A DNA stretch of 55,117 nt, counting the filler, from Basidioascus undulatus (lineage: Eukaryota), in the NCBI GenBank assembly GCA_000826855.1. It is 3 parts of 3 records of this genome, joined end to end, with 100 filler letters (N's around TTAATTAATTAA, not from the genome) between each part and the next. Parts side by side here need not be neighbours in the genome. Positions count along the whole stretch, not along the records: positions 36,836 to 55,117 come from JTLS01000474.1; 2 more parts are not named here. The stretch is one strand, 5' to 3'. Under the pieces are notes generated by a model. That model was not told the DNA's origin and did not search any database. It saw only the letters and a list, made by a program, of their open reading frames with translations. Positions 40,010-53,862 of the stretch are shown one piece after another (the stretch's first letter is position 1; each line of letters begins with the position of its first letter). The position numbers and the translations under genes were made by a program.

Positions 40010-41758
40010 GGTGTGCGTGGGGGGGAAGGGGGAATGGGAGGAGGAGGTGTTGGGGTTGACGTTGAGGCTGGGAGGTTGGTGAGGGTGAGGAGGATGATAG
40101 TGGAGCGAGCGGAGAGCGAAAGGACGAAGTCGGCGCGCGAAGACGCGTTGAGCACGAGAGAGGACCGAATTGTTGTGATGACGCGACCGAGGCACGTCAG
40201 AAGCGGACCAGGTCCGTATCGCAGCGCAGCCTTTTGTTTGCCTTCAGCCTTCTTTGCAGCAACAGACAGCCGCTTCCGCTCTTGTTTCGCTGAACCAATA
40301 CAGCCGAGCAGAGGGAAACTTCAGCAGTTCTCCTCGTTTCCCAACACTAAATGTACGGAAGCATGAGTGGAACATCGCTGTGTTGCAGGATGCGAACCGG
40401 AGCACCAGATTGGGTGTCAGGAGAGCGAAAGAGAAGTGGTATATCGTATTATCCCGAATGAAAACATTGTACGTAGCAACAAGGGAGTGGATCCTCAAAC
40501 ACAACAGCACAACGAGCTACATGTTCCGAGCAGGCAACGAAAAGCTCCTCCGCGACGCGAAGGGGTGAGTTGACGTGTAAAGCCTCACATACGGATTGAT
40601 CCTTCCCGAATATATGTCTATCAACGGAAGATTTTCACTCGTATTGCTATGGGTGCCCGTTAGACTGAAAGGGGGGGGTCTGTCTGTTCATGAATGTATG
40701 GAAAATACAGAGCACAGCAAGTCGATCATGCAGGCACACTCACTGCTGAGAGAATTTTCAACACAAACCGATCATTTGTTGGGATCTGCATCGTTCATTT
40801 TTTTATACTGAGCAGAGGTTTCCACGGACAAACAATATGGTATTGTAGCATTGCTGTGGCTCGGAGGTGAAAGGCTTGTAAGGGATGCTCATCTACAATC
40901 ATTAGCTCACTGAGCCATCAAAGATGACAGCTTTATTAAAATTGCCATGTCTTGTTGTCCCATCTACTGCAATTCTTTTTGGTCTATGAAAGCCTAACAG
41001 ACACAGGCTAAACTAGAGGCATGAGCAGCAATGTGAGCAACAGTGGACAATGTTGGCAAGCAGTATGATGCAATGTGTCACCATGCAGTATGTAATCTGT
41101 TTTTGCTTGTTTGCATCTGTCATTTTGAATCAGCAGCAAGACCAAATGGTATAGACAACTGAATGATTAACACTGATAACACCCAGTGTGAAGTGCTAGG
41201 TGCTGCACAGTGTTCCTCAATATGCCAAGCCAGCAAGTAGACAATGTGTAAGTCCCTGAGGCAGTTCAAATACAAGAAATACTGCCAATTCACTCATGTT
41301 ATGTGACCTTGCAAGCTCAGCATTGTGGTGTTGTGTGCTGAGGCGCAATATGAGACATTTGAATTTTAATCATCATTGACTAACTTGCATGAACATGCCC
41401 CTCGCCTTTCACTAGAGGCATCCGAGTTGATTGCGGTGTTTCCTTTTGAGTGTAGGCCCGTGGAAACCACAGACCAGTGGCAGTCACGTACTGGGCAAAT
41501 TTCAACCACACTCATTTCAGTGCCTGCAGTCTCGTTTCCCGCCTTTTAACCAAGCCTTACTCTGCCTAAACCGACCTCTTCGGTCGAGCATTCGTATAGC
41601 ATGAGACTGTGAGGCACGAAAAACGGTGCAACACGGAAGACTGCGTACAGCACGCAAGCCGTCGCCATGCGGCTTGACGGCGTACTTTCAACCCATCTTC
41701 ATCTGGCATGTCCACCTCCCTCGGCCCCATCTCAGCGTACTACCACTCCCGTTCCAAA

Positions 41759-42120
41759 ATGTACGATTCCGAAGACGCCTCCTTCCACCTCTCCCCCTCC
41801 GCAGGCGCCCGCATCCTCTCCCTCTGCTCTGGCACAGGGCGGGACGCGCTCCTCCTCGCACAGCTAGTCGGACCCAGCGGCCGCGTGCTCGGATCGACGC
41901 GAGCCTGGTGATGGTGGATGTTGTGCGCCGCAAGGCGCGCGAGGAAGGCATGTAGGAGTGGGTGAAGTTCTGAGAGGGGGACGTGTGCGATGTCATGGAT
42001 CTGGATGAGGGGACGTGGGACGCCATCGTGTGCTGCAGTCCGCTCGCGAAGTGGGCCGCGCTCCTCAAGCCTGGTGGAACGCTCGTCCTCGACGTCCCAG
42101 CGGAGCGAAGACAGTCGGCA
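41759..42120 (+). pseudogene. Class I SAM-dependent methyltransferase (UbiE-like) relic
   Basis: GARILSLCSGTGRDALLLAQLVGPSGRVL/ID (motif I), EGDVCD, WDAIVC, LLKPGGTLVLDVP. Frameshift near 41890 and in-frame TAG/TGA near 41953 and 41971. Confidence 0.8.
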
Positions 42121-42169
42121 GAGCATTTGCGATTCAGGCAACTGCGATAGATGTGGGAAACAATGGAAC

Positions 42170-45100
42170 ACTCGCGGCTCTGCCATGTCCCACAAGCCTG
42201 CCAACGCAGTCTCGAGCAACTCCACGGCGTGCGAGCCATCCTTGGTGAGACCTTTTTTCACCTCCTTAAGAAGGCTCTCGAGGGTCTGTTGAAAGACCTG
42301 GGGTGCAATCATGTGCAGCTGTATACAAGCAGTGTACGTACCTTCTCAAGCGAAGCCTGGATAGGCCCGAAAAACTCGCTCTTCTTGTCCGCAGCTTTCT
42401 TCAGGATGCTCTGAATATTCTCAAAGTAAGCATAATATTGTGGGCGAGGGTGAATAACCATTACGCACCAGGCACCTCGCCATGCTGCCGGGGCCGGTAT
42501 GCGTAGCTTATGGCGTGGAGACGGTCTTCCACTCCCCCCGCACCTGAAAGTTCATGGGGTCAATTGAAGCAAAGAATTGGGCACGGGGTTTCTGTCAAGG
42601 TAACGAAAGACCTACGCCAGTCTGCACAAGCTCAAGAGCGTTCTTTTTGTGCCGCTTTGATGTTCATGCGCGTCTCGGCTTGCAGAACATCGAAGTCATC
42701 TACGTAAAAAGGTGAGCTGAATGAGGGCGAAGATATATTGATCAAGTCAACGAACGAGGATGAGCGGAAGAAGCTGGTCGGCGGTCTTCTTGACGTTGGT
42801 GTGCAACGAGCGCGGCGTGCTCTCCGTGATCTCCCTGTCATCGACCGGGATCAGCATTGAAGGCGAAGGATTTGAAAGGAACATTTGTCCTACTTCATCG
42901 CCGACCTCACCGCAATTTCCAGCTCCGCCGTAGGCTATCGAATAGGGGGCCCAGCAGCTTGTGCGAGAGAGGCAAGCCATGGCTGCTCCAGCACCTCGAA
43001 AATCGGTCCCTCCGTGAGCTCAGGGAAGTTCTATAAATAATGTAAGCTTCAGGTCCTGGAAGAGGATGGATGCTACTTGCCTTGCGGAAGACACCGTCGC
43101 GACGAATGTACGCCGCAAGGGTGGACTTGACTTCAGCTGTTCTTCCATTCAGTAGGTACTGCCGATAGAAGATTATGATGAAAGAATTTTATGCACTGCA
43201 ATATTCTGAACACGCTCTCGTATACCTGCGGAAGGTTATCGCCCACCTGTCGAGCACTGGGGTTGAGTTGATCGTCAGCAACTGCCAGTTGCTCAAGGCC
43301 GTCGCTGGGAGAAAACGTACCGCCGCGTCAGCTTTCGCGATGTGATTCTTGAGACAGTTGAAGGGTTCCTCGACAGCGCTCACGAGCTTTTCGATCGAAG
43401 CCGCAACGCTCTGTTGGAAGAGGGATTGAGCTGCATGGCTCAGGCTGTGATGCTCAGGAAATAACCCGCCTTCTCGAGCTTCGGAAACCTTTTCAGCTGC
43501 AGTGCGTAGCTCCTGTTTCCGCACAGTCAGGATTAGACAAGGTCTCCAGTTTACTGCGCCTGAGAGAGCATCGCACCTCCTTCTGCAGGAGGCCCCTGCT
43601 CTTGACGATGTTCTCGTTGGAGAAGAGCGAACGCTACGAAAGAGATGCTCAGTTCGAAAGTTGGAGTGTCACGGCGCTTCAGCTCAAGAACAAACTCACT
43701 TCGCAAAGCCGATAGGTTCTCTCCACCAGTTCAGAAGCCTGCTGAGCACGAGAACGACTGGAGATCTCTTGGATGTGCTTGATGAGGGCGGGGATCTCCG
43801 TGAGCTGTTCGATGCTGTCAGCACTCGGAGTGAGGACGGACAGTCGGTTGTTGTGCGTACCTGCGTGCGATCGAAGGTGTCCGACCAGGCGTCCTCGTCC
43901 TCGTCGTAGATCGAGATCAGCTTGATGTAGTCTCTCGCCGCGGTGACAAAGCAGGGGAGAGGTTCGCGTTGGTCCTCGGGCAGCGTCTGGCTCATGTTGT
44001 CCCGGAAGCCTGAATTTACCCACTCCTGTGAGCATACAAGTCCGCATGACGCCAAAAGTATGCAGTACGGTCCCGGACAAACTGCATGGTCAGGGCAATC
44101 TTGTCAGTAGGCGTCCGCCCGGCTCAAAACAGTAGGGCAAGTGGGTACATCAGCACGAGCTTGAGCGATCTTCATCTTCACAGCTTGCTCAGCATTTCAA
44201 CATTGAGTTGAGCTTGGCCTCGTCCCTGGCATCGAGAAGATCGAGTTTCTGCGGGAACATGCAACGTTAGTGACCTCTTTAAGCAACCGGTACATCCACA
44301 CATGCCTTCTGCCGGAGGTCCGACAACCGGCAGCGTCTGGGCTTTCGAGGCTGGAAAAGTACAAGATGTAAGGTATCATGTCCGTCTAACTTATTTCAGA
44401 AGAATACTTACGCGAGCTCGTCAACACTCCTCGGACGGGTCCCGAACCTGGTCCTCCCGCTTGAACCACTTGTTGGGGGAGCCTTTCCCGCTGCCGCTGC
44501 GCTTCCGCCGTCTGCTCGAGCTTGGTGCAGCTTCTCCGCTCTTGAGATCGTCGCAAAGGCTCTATCTTTTAGTCACCAAGCCTTCCCGATGAGGGGCGAA
44601 CCGCGGTGGACTCACTCTCGATCTGGGCCGTCACGTCGATCTTCTTCTCGATGCCCTCGAGCTCCACAATCGCGTAGTCCAGCTTGATCCTGAGCCCTTT
44701 GTACTATGATATTTGTTGTATATAATCAGCGACTTCTTTCAGGTCGACATAACTTGTTTTGCGCACCGGCAGACCTCGACAACCTCAGCGACCGTTCCGC
44801 TCCCGCGAGCGCGCCGGCACCTCGTCATTCTTGGTGGCGACAAGCGCGAGGCTGTCCGAGCAGCGTGTCGTAACTGTTCAGTTTCCAAAGTTCGGTCAGT
44901 TTGTTCAAGCTCGATCAAGCAGTGATGAGCTAGAGCCTCACGCTGAATGCGAATGCCGATCAGCGTGAGCGCCTTGAGATTGGTAGCCGCGCTATTCAAC
45001 AGCTAGCGTGTCAGCTCTGGTAGGCGGAATGGAGGTGTTTGACGGACCGATGTACCTCCACCGTAGGCAAGATCTGATATAACGTATCAGCTCGTAGTCT

Positions 45101-46700
45101 TGACGAAGCTGGAAATGTGCTTCTTACTGCGTTCGCTTGGTTGAGCATCCGGTCAGCAATCTGGTTCCGCGCAGCGTTCGCGTCCTGGCTGCCACGGAGG
45201 TAGGTGATGCAGGTCAGCCTAGTCTAACATAGCTTTGGAAAAATGCGTACATCCAGGATCGTTACCCCAAAGCGAAGCACTGTCCCAGGCCCGTAGAGAT
45301 TATCAATGTCGGCGTTAGAGTGCTTAGTGCTTGACATGGTGGAGGATCAAACATACCCTCGGCGTTGGTCGAGATGCGATAGACTTGACGAGGGGCCACA
45401 GAGCCGGCTGGATCATTTGCCAGGGCAAGTCGCCTATCATACGAGGTGGTTTCAATGGCAGTGAGGTACCTTCTCCAGATCGTCGCCCTCGCGATATTCC
45501 GACTGGATGTATTGCGCAAGCAAGTTCTGGGACTCGTTGTCGGTGGACGAAAAGGTTTGTTCCGTTCCTGCAGGCACGCCGTCAGGTCATTCGGGTCGAA
45601 GGTTGAACTCTAGGACATGAACGTACCCAACAAGCTGGCAAACCTCTGGGAGTGGTCGCAGATCTGCTCAACCGTCATATGCGCGAGTTCGTCCAGGGAA
45701 AGCGTGGGGAGCAGACTGTGTGAAGAGCTATTAGTTTGCTTCGGAAGAACAGAATACCATAAAGGTGACCAACGGGTTGATCTTGTCGAACGCAGCTTGG
45801 CCTGCGGAGCGCTAGAAAAGTCAGAAGCCTGTCGTATATCGTATCAATGGCTGAACGGAGTGGGACGCACCAAGGGAGCTGAGATTCTCCGTTTCGATCG
45901 GCTTAATCTCGGACGAACTGCCCTTGTTCGTGCTTTCAGCCTCGTCCGCCGCGTCCTCGAGGTCGCCGACCAGGATCTCGAGCTCAGCGGTAAGCTCCTC
46001 AAGCGTCAGGAAGGTGACGCGGCCCTCGGTGCGCTCGCGCATGTGGTCTACATTAAGGCAACGCATCAGCATCCCGGGTGATGGATGGAGAAAGAGAATG
46101 GGGAGATATGGCTGTATAAAGCTCGCAGGTGATTTCGGTGGCGACCGCCGTGCTGCATGATTTGGTTGATGAGCTTTGCGCTGCAATGTTTTCTGTGTGC
46201 CAACCCACCATGCTTCGACAGGGCTGCTGGGCAGCAGACCGCGTCCCCTGGCCGAACACATTGCTTAAGACAAATTGGTCTCTTGCGATATATGGAGAAG
46301 ACACTCAGAGGAGGGCATTGATCAAGAATGATTTGCCTGTCAACCGATCGACCCAAACCCGCACGCGAAACGTCAGTAATCCAAGCTTCGCCGCCCACGA
46401 GTCTCCATGTGCCCGTCCTCACCAGAGCCGAAGGACTGAATTCCACCACGCAATGAGTTCCATAAGTCACCTAAAAGAAAGTGGAACCCGAAAGGACCCG
46501 CAAAACCAGCACGAAATCCTTCTCCAGCTTGACCTCCCACAAGTTGCGTAGCCCGCGCACGAAGCCGTCGCGCGCCTGGCTCTGGCCCGGTCCGCCGAGG
46601 TGGGCGACGAGATCTGAGAGTCGTTGGTGCAGCTCAGAGAGCTTATTGAAGGCCTCTCTGGTCGTGAGGCCCAGGACTGTGCCGGGGGAGGGCGACATTA
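42170..46700 (-). pseudogene. Dynamin-like (Dynamin_N) nuclear GTPase of SLIP-GC type, apparently degenerate; multi-exon
   Basis: P-loop ending GKSFLINALL (~46340), TAVATEIT, LWPLVK, GVTILD...DANAARNQIA, LPCFVTAARDYIKL...TEIPALIKH, TLAAYIRRDG. Several stops and frame changes. Ends are approximate. Confidence 0.7.
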
Positions 46701-47554
46701 TCGGTAACGTGGCGGTAAGCGAGCGATAAGATGATGGTGGGGAAGCAAAGGGGAAAGGTACTGCCGATGGGCTTGAACACGTTTGCTGGCGTTGGTGCGC
46801 AAAGCTACGCAAAACCCGGGGAGCTGGACCTGCAGTGGCCGTACAACACCCGCCATGACCCATGGAACGGAAAATACGATGTTGGACCTCTCGCAGCGCT
46901 CGCACAGGGAGGTAATTTAGGAAGTCTTAGATGGACAAGACTGCCCAAGATATTCATAGACATCGTGGGCAGAGCTGCCTTGTTGAAACTGAAGTGCGTC
47001 GATCCTCCGACACCTGCAGGACAGCCGCATGTACGTTGTACCCCCATTTCCGCCAAGGCCGAGTTGACGTATCACGGAACGGTACGGTGATGGTATTGTT
47101 AGAACTGCTAGAAGGCAAGTGTACGAGTCCCGAAGAATATCGAGCAAACGCCACATGGGCTCAATCTTGCGAAACGTGTATCGTTTTGAGAGAAGGGCTG
47201 GAGCTTACCTACTGTACAAAAGGGTTATTACTTGCGCACTCTAAGTCGAAGTCAACTACACGGCACTGCGAAGAAAATCGGCAAGCTGCCGTTCAAGGAT
47301 GGAATTGCTTCAACCCGAATCCAACTGCTCAAAAGTCCGGCGTCCGGTGAGCATCCTGCAGATCCAACGACGGCCCTTCTCTGGCGCACTTCCTGATTGC
47401 TTCACTTAGGCAGGCGAGGACTGCCCGAGCTGCAAGCCCGGACCCACGCTCCCCATCTTAGCCCCTTCGCAATACGTTTATACTCTGTCCCTCTCACTCA
47501 TCCCTTTCTCTCGCTCTCCTCCTCCTCCTCCAGCGGCGCGTCCCCGCGTCCCGC

Positions 47555-48831
47555 TCACGCCAGACCGGCCTCCTTGAGCTTGCGCACGAGCTCATCGACG
47601 CTGCCGACCTTGACGCCGCCGCTGCGCTTCGCGGGCTCCGCGACCTTGAGCGTCTCGAGGCGGGGCGCGAGGTCGACGCCGTCGAGCTGCTCCGGCTTGA
47701 GCGTCTCCACAGGCTTCTTCTTCGCCTTCATGATGTTGGGGAGGGAGGCGTAGCGGGGCTCTGTTGAAGGGATAGGGGATCAGGGAGGCCTGATACGGGG
47801 GGTGGAGTGGGGTGAACGAACCGTTAAGACTGGATGAGGATTCAGTTCAATATGAGAGGTTGTAGGAAGCAGAAAATGAAGGGGGAAGACGCACCGGAGA
47901 TCAGTGGTAATAACCATAGGCAGCTTCCCCTTGACGGTCTCCAGACCGCCATCGATCTCCCTGGTAACCTCAACCTCGCTCTCACCCAGCTTCACCTCGC
48001 TCGCGAACGTGCCCTGCCCCCAGCCAAGCACGCCCGCGAGCATTTGGCCCGTGGCGTTCTCGTCGCCGTCGATCGCCTGCTTGCCCATGATGACGAGGTC
48101 GATGCCGTCGCGCTTCGCGAGGTGCGCGAGCGCCTTCGCGACGCCCAGCGGCTCCGGGTTCGGCGCGCCCTCAGGCAGCTGCACATGGATCGCCTTGTCC
48201 GCGCCCATCGCGAGCGCCGTGCGCAGCGTCTCCACCGCTTTGGACGGGCCGATCGTAACCGCCGTGATGGACTCGATCTTGTCCTTCAGCTTTTCGCGGA
48301 GTCGGACAGCCTCCTCGACAGCTGAAGGATAGGATGAATAGGGGCGTGAGCGGGGTGAGCGTGGGGAACAAGGCAAGGGGAGGAGGCGGACCGATCTCGT
48401 CGAAGGGGTTCTGGGGACGGGTGCAACGTGAGCTGTGCCCCGATGGGGACGAGGAGTGAGAGTGGGACACACCATAGAGTGCTTCACAGAGGTGTCCACG
48501 CCCTTCTGGTCAGCAGCCACCCGGATCTTGCTGCACCGCCAGTCGAGCGTCAGCGCCTGCCTCACGGCAATGCCCGCCTACATGAGGACTCACACAGCAT
48601 AGTCGCTATAAACCGCCAGGCCCATCCAGCACCATCAGCCTCTGCTCCATCCGTCCTCCGTCTCGATACCTTTCAACTCACATTGTCCCTATTCCATCCC
48701 GACAAGCGCGTCAGTCTCGCCCGTCCTTCACTGCCCTCTCGAGCTCGGCCTTACTCACGCTTAACAGGCACAAGGAGCTTGATATCCCTGGGGGAGGTAG
48801 CGCGGAAGAGGGCGCGAGCAGTGGGGTGCAT
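47555..48831 (-). CDS. ETFB: Electron transfer flavoprotein beta subunit (mitochondrial); multi-exon
   Basis: [88 protein letters not shown], ending KLKEAGLA*. Confidence 0.96.
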
Positions 48832-50351
48832 GGTGGGCTGTCTAGAGTGTAGGTGGTGAGGAGAGGGAGAGGCAGATGGCGAGGTTGAGGGCGGGGACTG
48901 GGAGGAGCAGACAAGAGAGAGGCGCGTGAAGGCGAAGGCAAGGAGCCGGTTGCCGGAGCTGCCCGAATGTCCGATCGTGCGGGGGGACCGGCCGATGAGG
49001 ACCCGGTCCTCCTGCGTCAGTTTCAGACTCGCGATCAGAATGCGACTTCGACATAACGTCGAGAAATCGAAGAGAAATTACGTTGAAGATCAAGAATCTA
49101 AGATGGAGCTGGTTGCTCCGCCTACCGGCTACAGCCGTTTGCACCGACTGCCTTCGCGTTTGACTGTTGACTGTCATGTGTACTTTCGCTACTGAAAATG
49201 CTTGATAAAAAAAAACTGAGTATCAAGGCTGAAACCAGAAGCGGTCTGCCTGCCCCGTATTACACCACGAGGCGGAGTTGGGAGGCAGCTTGCCGCTGCA
49301 TCGCTGCATCAAGGCTCCCGGCCGCTTCCACCCGCTCTGCCAAATTCAGCCGCTCCTCAATTACCAACTGGTGTCATGGAAGACCGTCCATACCATTATT
49401 CTTAGTCATAAAGTTTATAACTTTCAAAACACTGTCTTGTGGGAGGGGGAGAGATGCAAAGTATGAACCTTGCAGCGTGCTCGTGAGCAACAGCGAAGTT
49501 GGGCGGTCACTCTCTCTTTCTGTTTGCAACTAGCACCGAGTGTCCTAAGCCGAATTCGCCAGACGACGCCGCAAACACAAGAGAATCTCGCAGGGACGGC
49601 ACCGCGTTCCTCATGAAACTGTTACAGGAAAAAATAGACAATTGCTTTCGAATGTTCTTGAAAAATAGTAGGCTTATGGTCAATCGGCACGCCCTTCTCA
49701 ACTAGGGCCCAACTGCAGTGCTCCATGTATTGGCACCTGCGAAAGCCGATGCTGGAAACTTCACTTATGGACGCACGGAGAGCACTATAGCTCAGTGTTT
49801 CGTCCTTAAGCTCCCTGAAGGAGGCTGCGGTCCAGTCACAACAGGCAGGGAGCGCTCATCCAGCTGCCGCAACAATGCAACCCAGTCGCAACGTCCCTCT
49901 TGCCTTTGAAGCTTTCACGGTTCCAACAATCCAGACTTCAATGATCCAGACGGCCTGGGAGTTCGGAGAGGTAAAACTATTTCTTCAAACCCTTTGCGAG
50001 TTCAGTTGGAGCCGAACCCGTCAGTGCGCAACAGATGGCAGTTGTGACTTTCAGAGTACACAGACGAACGAGCAGCTGCACCCGCGTCGCCCATCGCTTG
50101 CCCTTTGTCCATCACTTCCTACAGTGGCTCAAAGTTCATGTTGCTTCCCCTTTGCAGTTTGTATATCATGAAACATATCTTGCATGTTTTGTTCAGTCAC
50201 AGGAGCACGCTACTGCCCATCGTCCCTCTGCGAACCGCATCGCTCCACGCGGACTCAGGGAGACGTCGGCGGGCCTCACCAGCATGTCTAGCGGTCGAGA
50301 GAAGTTCAACGAGTGTATCTCTTCACACATTTACACATTTGAAGGCCCTTT

Positions 50352-51323
50352 ATGCCGTACATGGGACCACCTGAACGATTGCATGTCGGCCAAATCCACC
50401 GGCGCAACCTCGAGGTGAGCTGCCAACTCGTGCTTTGCTCATTCGGCCTTCAACAGATCCATTCCCCTGTTTTTGAAGACATCCTAGCTGTACCAACTCC
50501 ACCCAGCGAAGAAAACTCGCTGTCGGCCCTGCCCACCGTCAAGGTCGAAGAGTCTGCCGACATCCTGCGCCTCCTCCTTCCTCAAATCTACCCATTCGGG
50601 ATATCCACCCACATCTGGTCCGGTCGCTCCCGGGAAGCAGACGTGGGTCCTTCATTGACCCCGAGATCACCTGGCGCCTCGTTGCCGCAGCCCTCAAATA
50701 CGAGCTGGGATCCGCCATAACCGCCGTCCAACTCGCGCTACACAACGTCCTCATGCTGGCTTTGCCGACGAAGCAGCGCTCGACATCTTCTGATCGCCGC
50801 GAAAGCAGGGGAGGGGTTGGGCAGCCTCGCGGTAACTGCATCCCAGCACGTACGCTTCACCTCCTGGACCACCAAGACGCTCGGCGTCAAAAGCATCCGA
50901 CATGTTGCTGCGCTCGCGGAACTGCAGCAAGAACATCAGATGTAGCATCGCGAACGAGCGAGTAGGAGAGTCGAGCTAGGGACCGAGCTGGACGAGGAGG
51001 CGGATGTTGCCATGGGCGAAAATTTGAGGCCCACCGATATGCACTGCCCCGACCTCTTCGACAAGTCGCGTATCTGGCAGGAGACGAAGGTGTGCATGGT
51101 TTTCGAAATGGGCGATGTCGCTTGCATCTCTCTCTTCGAAGCTGTACGTACCTGGCCAGCTGCTGGACCTTGTGCTGGGATATCACTGACAAGAATGCAC
51201 CGTCAGCTTCAGATTGTGGGTGTTCCGCACTTTCAGTGCGACTTGTGTATGAGGTCCATCGGGGAAAGCGATCGTTCCTGGCAGGAGGAGTGGAAAGCGC
51301 TTCCGCAGGTCATCAAACTTTGA
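50352..51323 (+). pseudogene. BTB/POZ-domain protein of a basidiomycete-expanded family, frameshifted
   Basis: HSPVFEDILAVP...LPTVKVEESADILRLLLPQIYP, then in another frame WRLVAAALKYEL, the typical fungal BTB pattern. Confidence 0.6.
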
Positions 51324-51541
51324 TTGATCCACGAACGGAAACTTTATGAATTTGTATTCCTCTGCCACTCTGGCGTCTTTTGGAGCGCCCCTGCTGGAAA
51401 ATGGCGGGCGTGAGCTCTCGTCGTTCGTCAGTAGAGCGAGCCGGCTCAATTGTGATCATGCAGCACCTCGTAGCCAGCCCGAATGCTTTGAACCAAACGA
51501 AGCAAAGCTCATGCATATGCGGGTGCCACAAATAAGGTATG

Positions 51542-52719
51542 TCATTCAGCGGGTATCAAACCCTCCCAATCCCGCCTTCTCTTCATCCCGTCCCTGCTGC
51601 CCGCCGCGTGCTCCTGCGCCTGCTCCTGCATCGCTTCCCGGATGCCACCAACCGCGTCCGCCACCTCGTTTAGATACCATGCCTTATCCAACGCCGGGTC
51701 CTTTTGTTCCTGCGCACCCTCCTTAACAGCAAGGGCTTCCACCTCCCCCCATCTGTCCGCCAAGCCAAACAGCAAGTCTCGCATCGCGCGATCCGCCTCC
51801 TCGTCGCCCAGCACGACCTCGAGCACGCCCAGCCTGCGCCCGAGCCTGCCCACCTCCGTCTCCGCTGCTATGCGCGCCGCACGCTCCGCAGATAGATCGG
51901 CCAGCGTGCACTTGTGGCTCGAGCGCAGCGCGCGGAGGGACGCCCGCGACGCGGCGAGCTGCGACTCGAGCAGCTGCAGGCGGGACTCTTGAGCCGCCGG
52001 TGGAGGGAGCGCATTGGCGGGGGACATGACGGGCGATAAGCTCGCTCGAGACGAGGGGCGAGCTGGGAGGGAGACGAGCGGTGGAGCGGGTAATTGCGTT
52101 GTGGGGAAAAGCGTGCTGCTGTCGGCGCTCCCGTTGCGCTCCAATCTAAAGCCCTCCTCCGTTGACTTCCTCCTCCGCTTTCTCCCCGCTGTCGACGTAT
52201 CCGCCTGCAGATAGTCCCCGTCCTCTCTGCCGGCCGGTCCGCCGTGCATGTCAGCTCCCCCACCATTCGCGCCCAGACTCGTCTCGACGCACCCTCTATT
52301 CCTGAACTGCCTGACCAAACTGTACGTGCTCCCCGCCTGCGAGGTGGTATTGAACATGCTGTGCGCCGTAGCTTGGTGCACGAGCTTCGCGCCCGTCCGC
52401 GGGTGGTCGAGAGCCACCCCGCCCGCCAGCACGCGCTCGAGCGAGTCGGCCGAAACGAAGGTGACGAGCGCGAAGGTTCTCACGAAGTTATGCGAATTCG
52501 TCGCGGTGTATATGGCGACGGTGGATCTGAAAGAATTATAGAGAAGCGTATGAGAGCTTGTGTATCCTGGACCGGGAGAAGGAGGCATACGCACATCGCG
52601 CCGAACTGGGAATAGACCTCGTCGAGCATGACGAGCGTGAGGTTCTCGGCGTCTGACACATAGAGGGTATGGCCAAGGATATGCTCCGGCGCAGATACGC
52701 GCAAATGCTGCTCATACAT
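51542..52719 (-). CDS. Hypothetical protein with a divergent RRM and C-terminal coiled coil
   Basis: TLYVSDAENLTLVMLDEVYSQFGA|RS...FALVTFVSADSLERVL is RNP2/RNP1-like; heptad stretch RLQLLESQLAASRASL...RIAAETEVGRL. One short intron at ~52535-52595. Confidence 0.55.
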
Positions 52720-53862
52720 TTTGGGTATACCTCCAGTGTAGAGACCCGAGAACAAGCTGTGTGAGGGTGTTGTAAACTAAGGAGGAAGGCAAGGGGCCTG
52801 TCATCGTCTTAGGCTGAAGGCCCGCGCGACTTGCTGACACGACTGAGTTTGGAATGCGATTCATCAAACCACACTCGAAACACACATTATGTGGCATGAA
52901 ATTTTGCCTGTAGAACCTTCTACAAATACTATCCAACTACGTATTATTGAGCTGCGCCCGGCCCATGCCGCTAGCGAGCCTATGCTGCTCTCCGTGGCAT
53001 GCACCTGTCTTGCGACTTCGAGCGATGCGTGCAGGAGTTGCTCCGCTGAGAGTCGGCAAGGCGATGTGAAGTTGAGGGTCGGGCTTCGGTTGAGGGAGAG
53101 CTGTTTCTTGATGTTTGTTTTGGCCATTCGTCTCTGGTGAAAGTCTGCTAAGAACGTGTCGCGTCGACGCTGTCATGAACTGCTTGAAGATCTGTCTTCG
53201 CCTTGCGTGTTCTAGTTCGCCTGCCAACGGGCCTCGGTCTTTCTGGAGAAACTTTGGGCTTCTCTTTCTTTTCTCTCGTTGTGCACTTCCGCAAACCAGA
53301 ACTAGAAAGCTTCGCGTACTGAAGATGGCGGGGCGGATGAGCAGCCCGACGGCCGTGAGCTTTTCGGCTGCGCGGCGCCTCGATGTCCCTTCCAACATAT
53401 TGTATGGCTTGCTTCTCCTTCCGTTGTCTTCTCTTCAAAATCTCGCTAGCACATCCACATCGAAGGCGCGCAAGGTGGCTTCGAATGTGACGCGTCCGGC
53501 GAAACGCCGCGGACGGCGGCAAGGTCCGGCGCCGAATCTACAACACTTTGCGCTCGTTCTTTATCTGCGTTTCGCATCTCACAGCTAGCATGGCCACACT
53601 ATTGTCGCGATATCCTCCGCACCCGTTTCTAAAAGAGCCGGTATTATATTCCCGCAACATTCTCGACCCAGGCCTCGTCAGCGAGATATTGAAGCATGAG
53701 GTGGCCATCCAAGATGCGGTGTTCGTCCTCTTAACGTTCGAAAAGGACTCATCGCGTTGGGGTTTGTACTGACGAAGAATTCTGGTTGCACACTTATCGA
53801 GTAGAATGAAGAAGGTTTCGGTGGGAGAAGGGGTTGAGGTGCTAGAGATCCGTTTCAAAACC

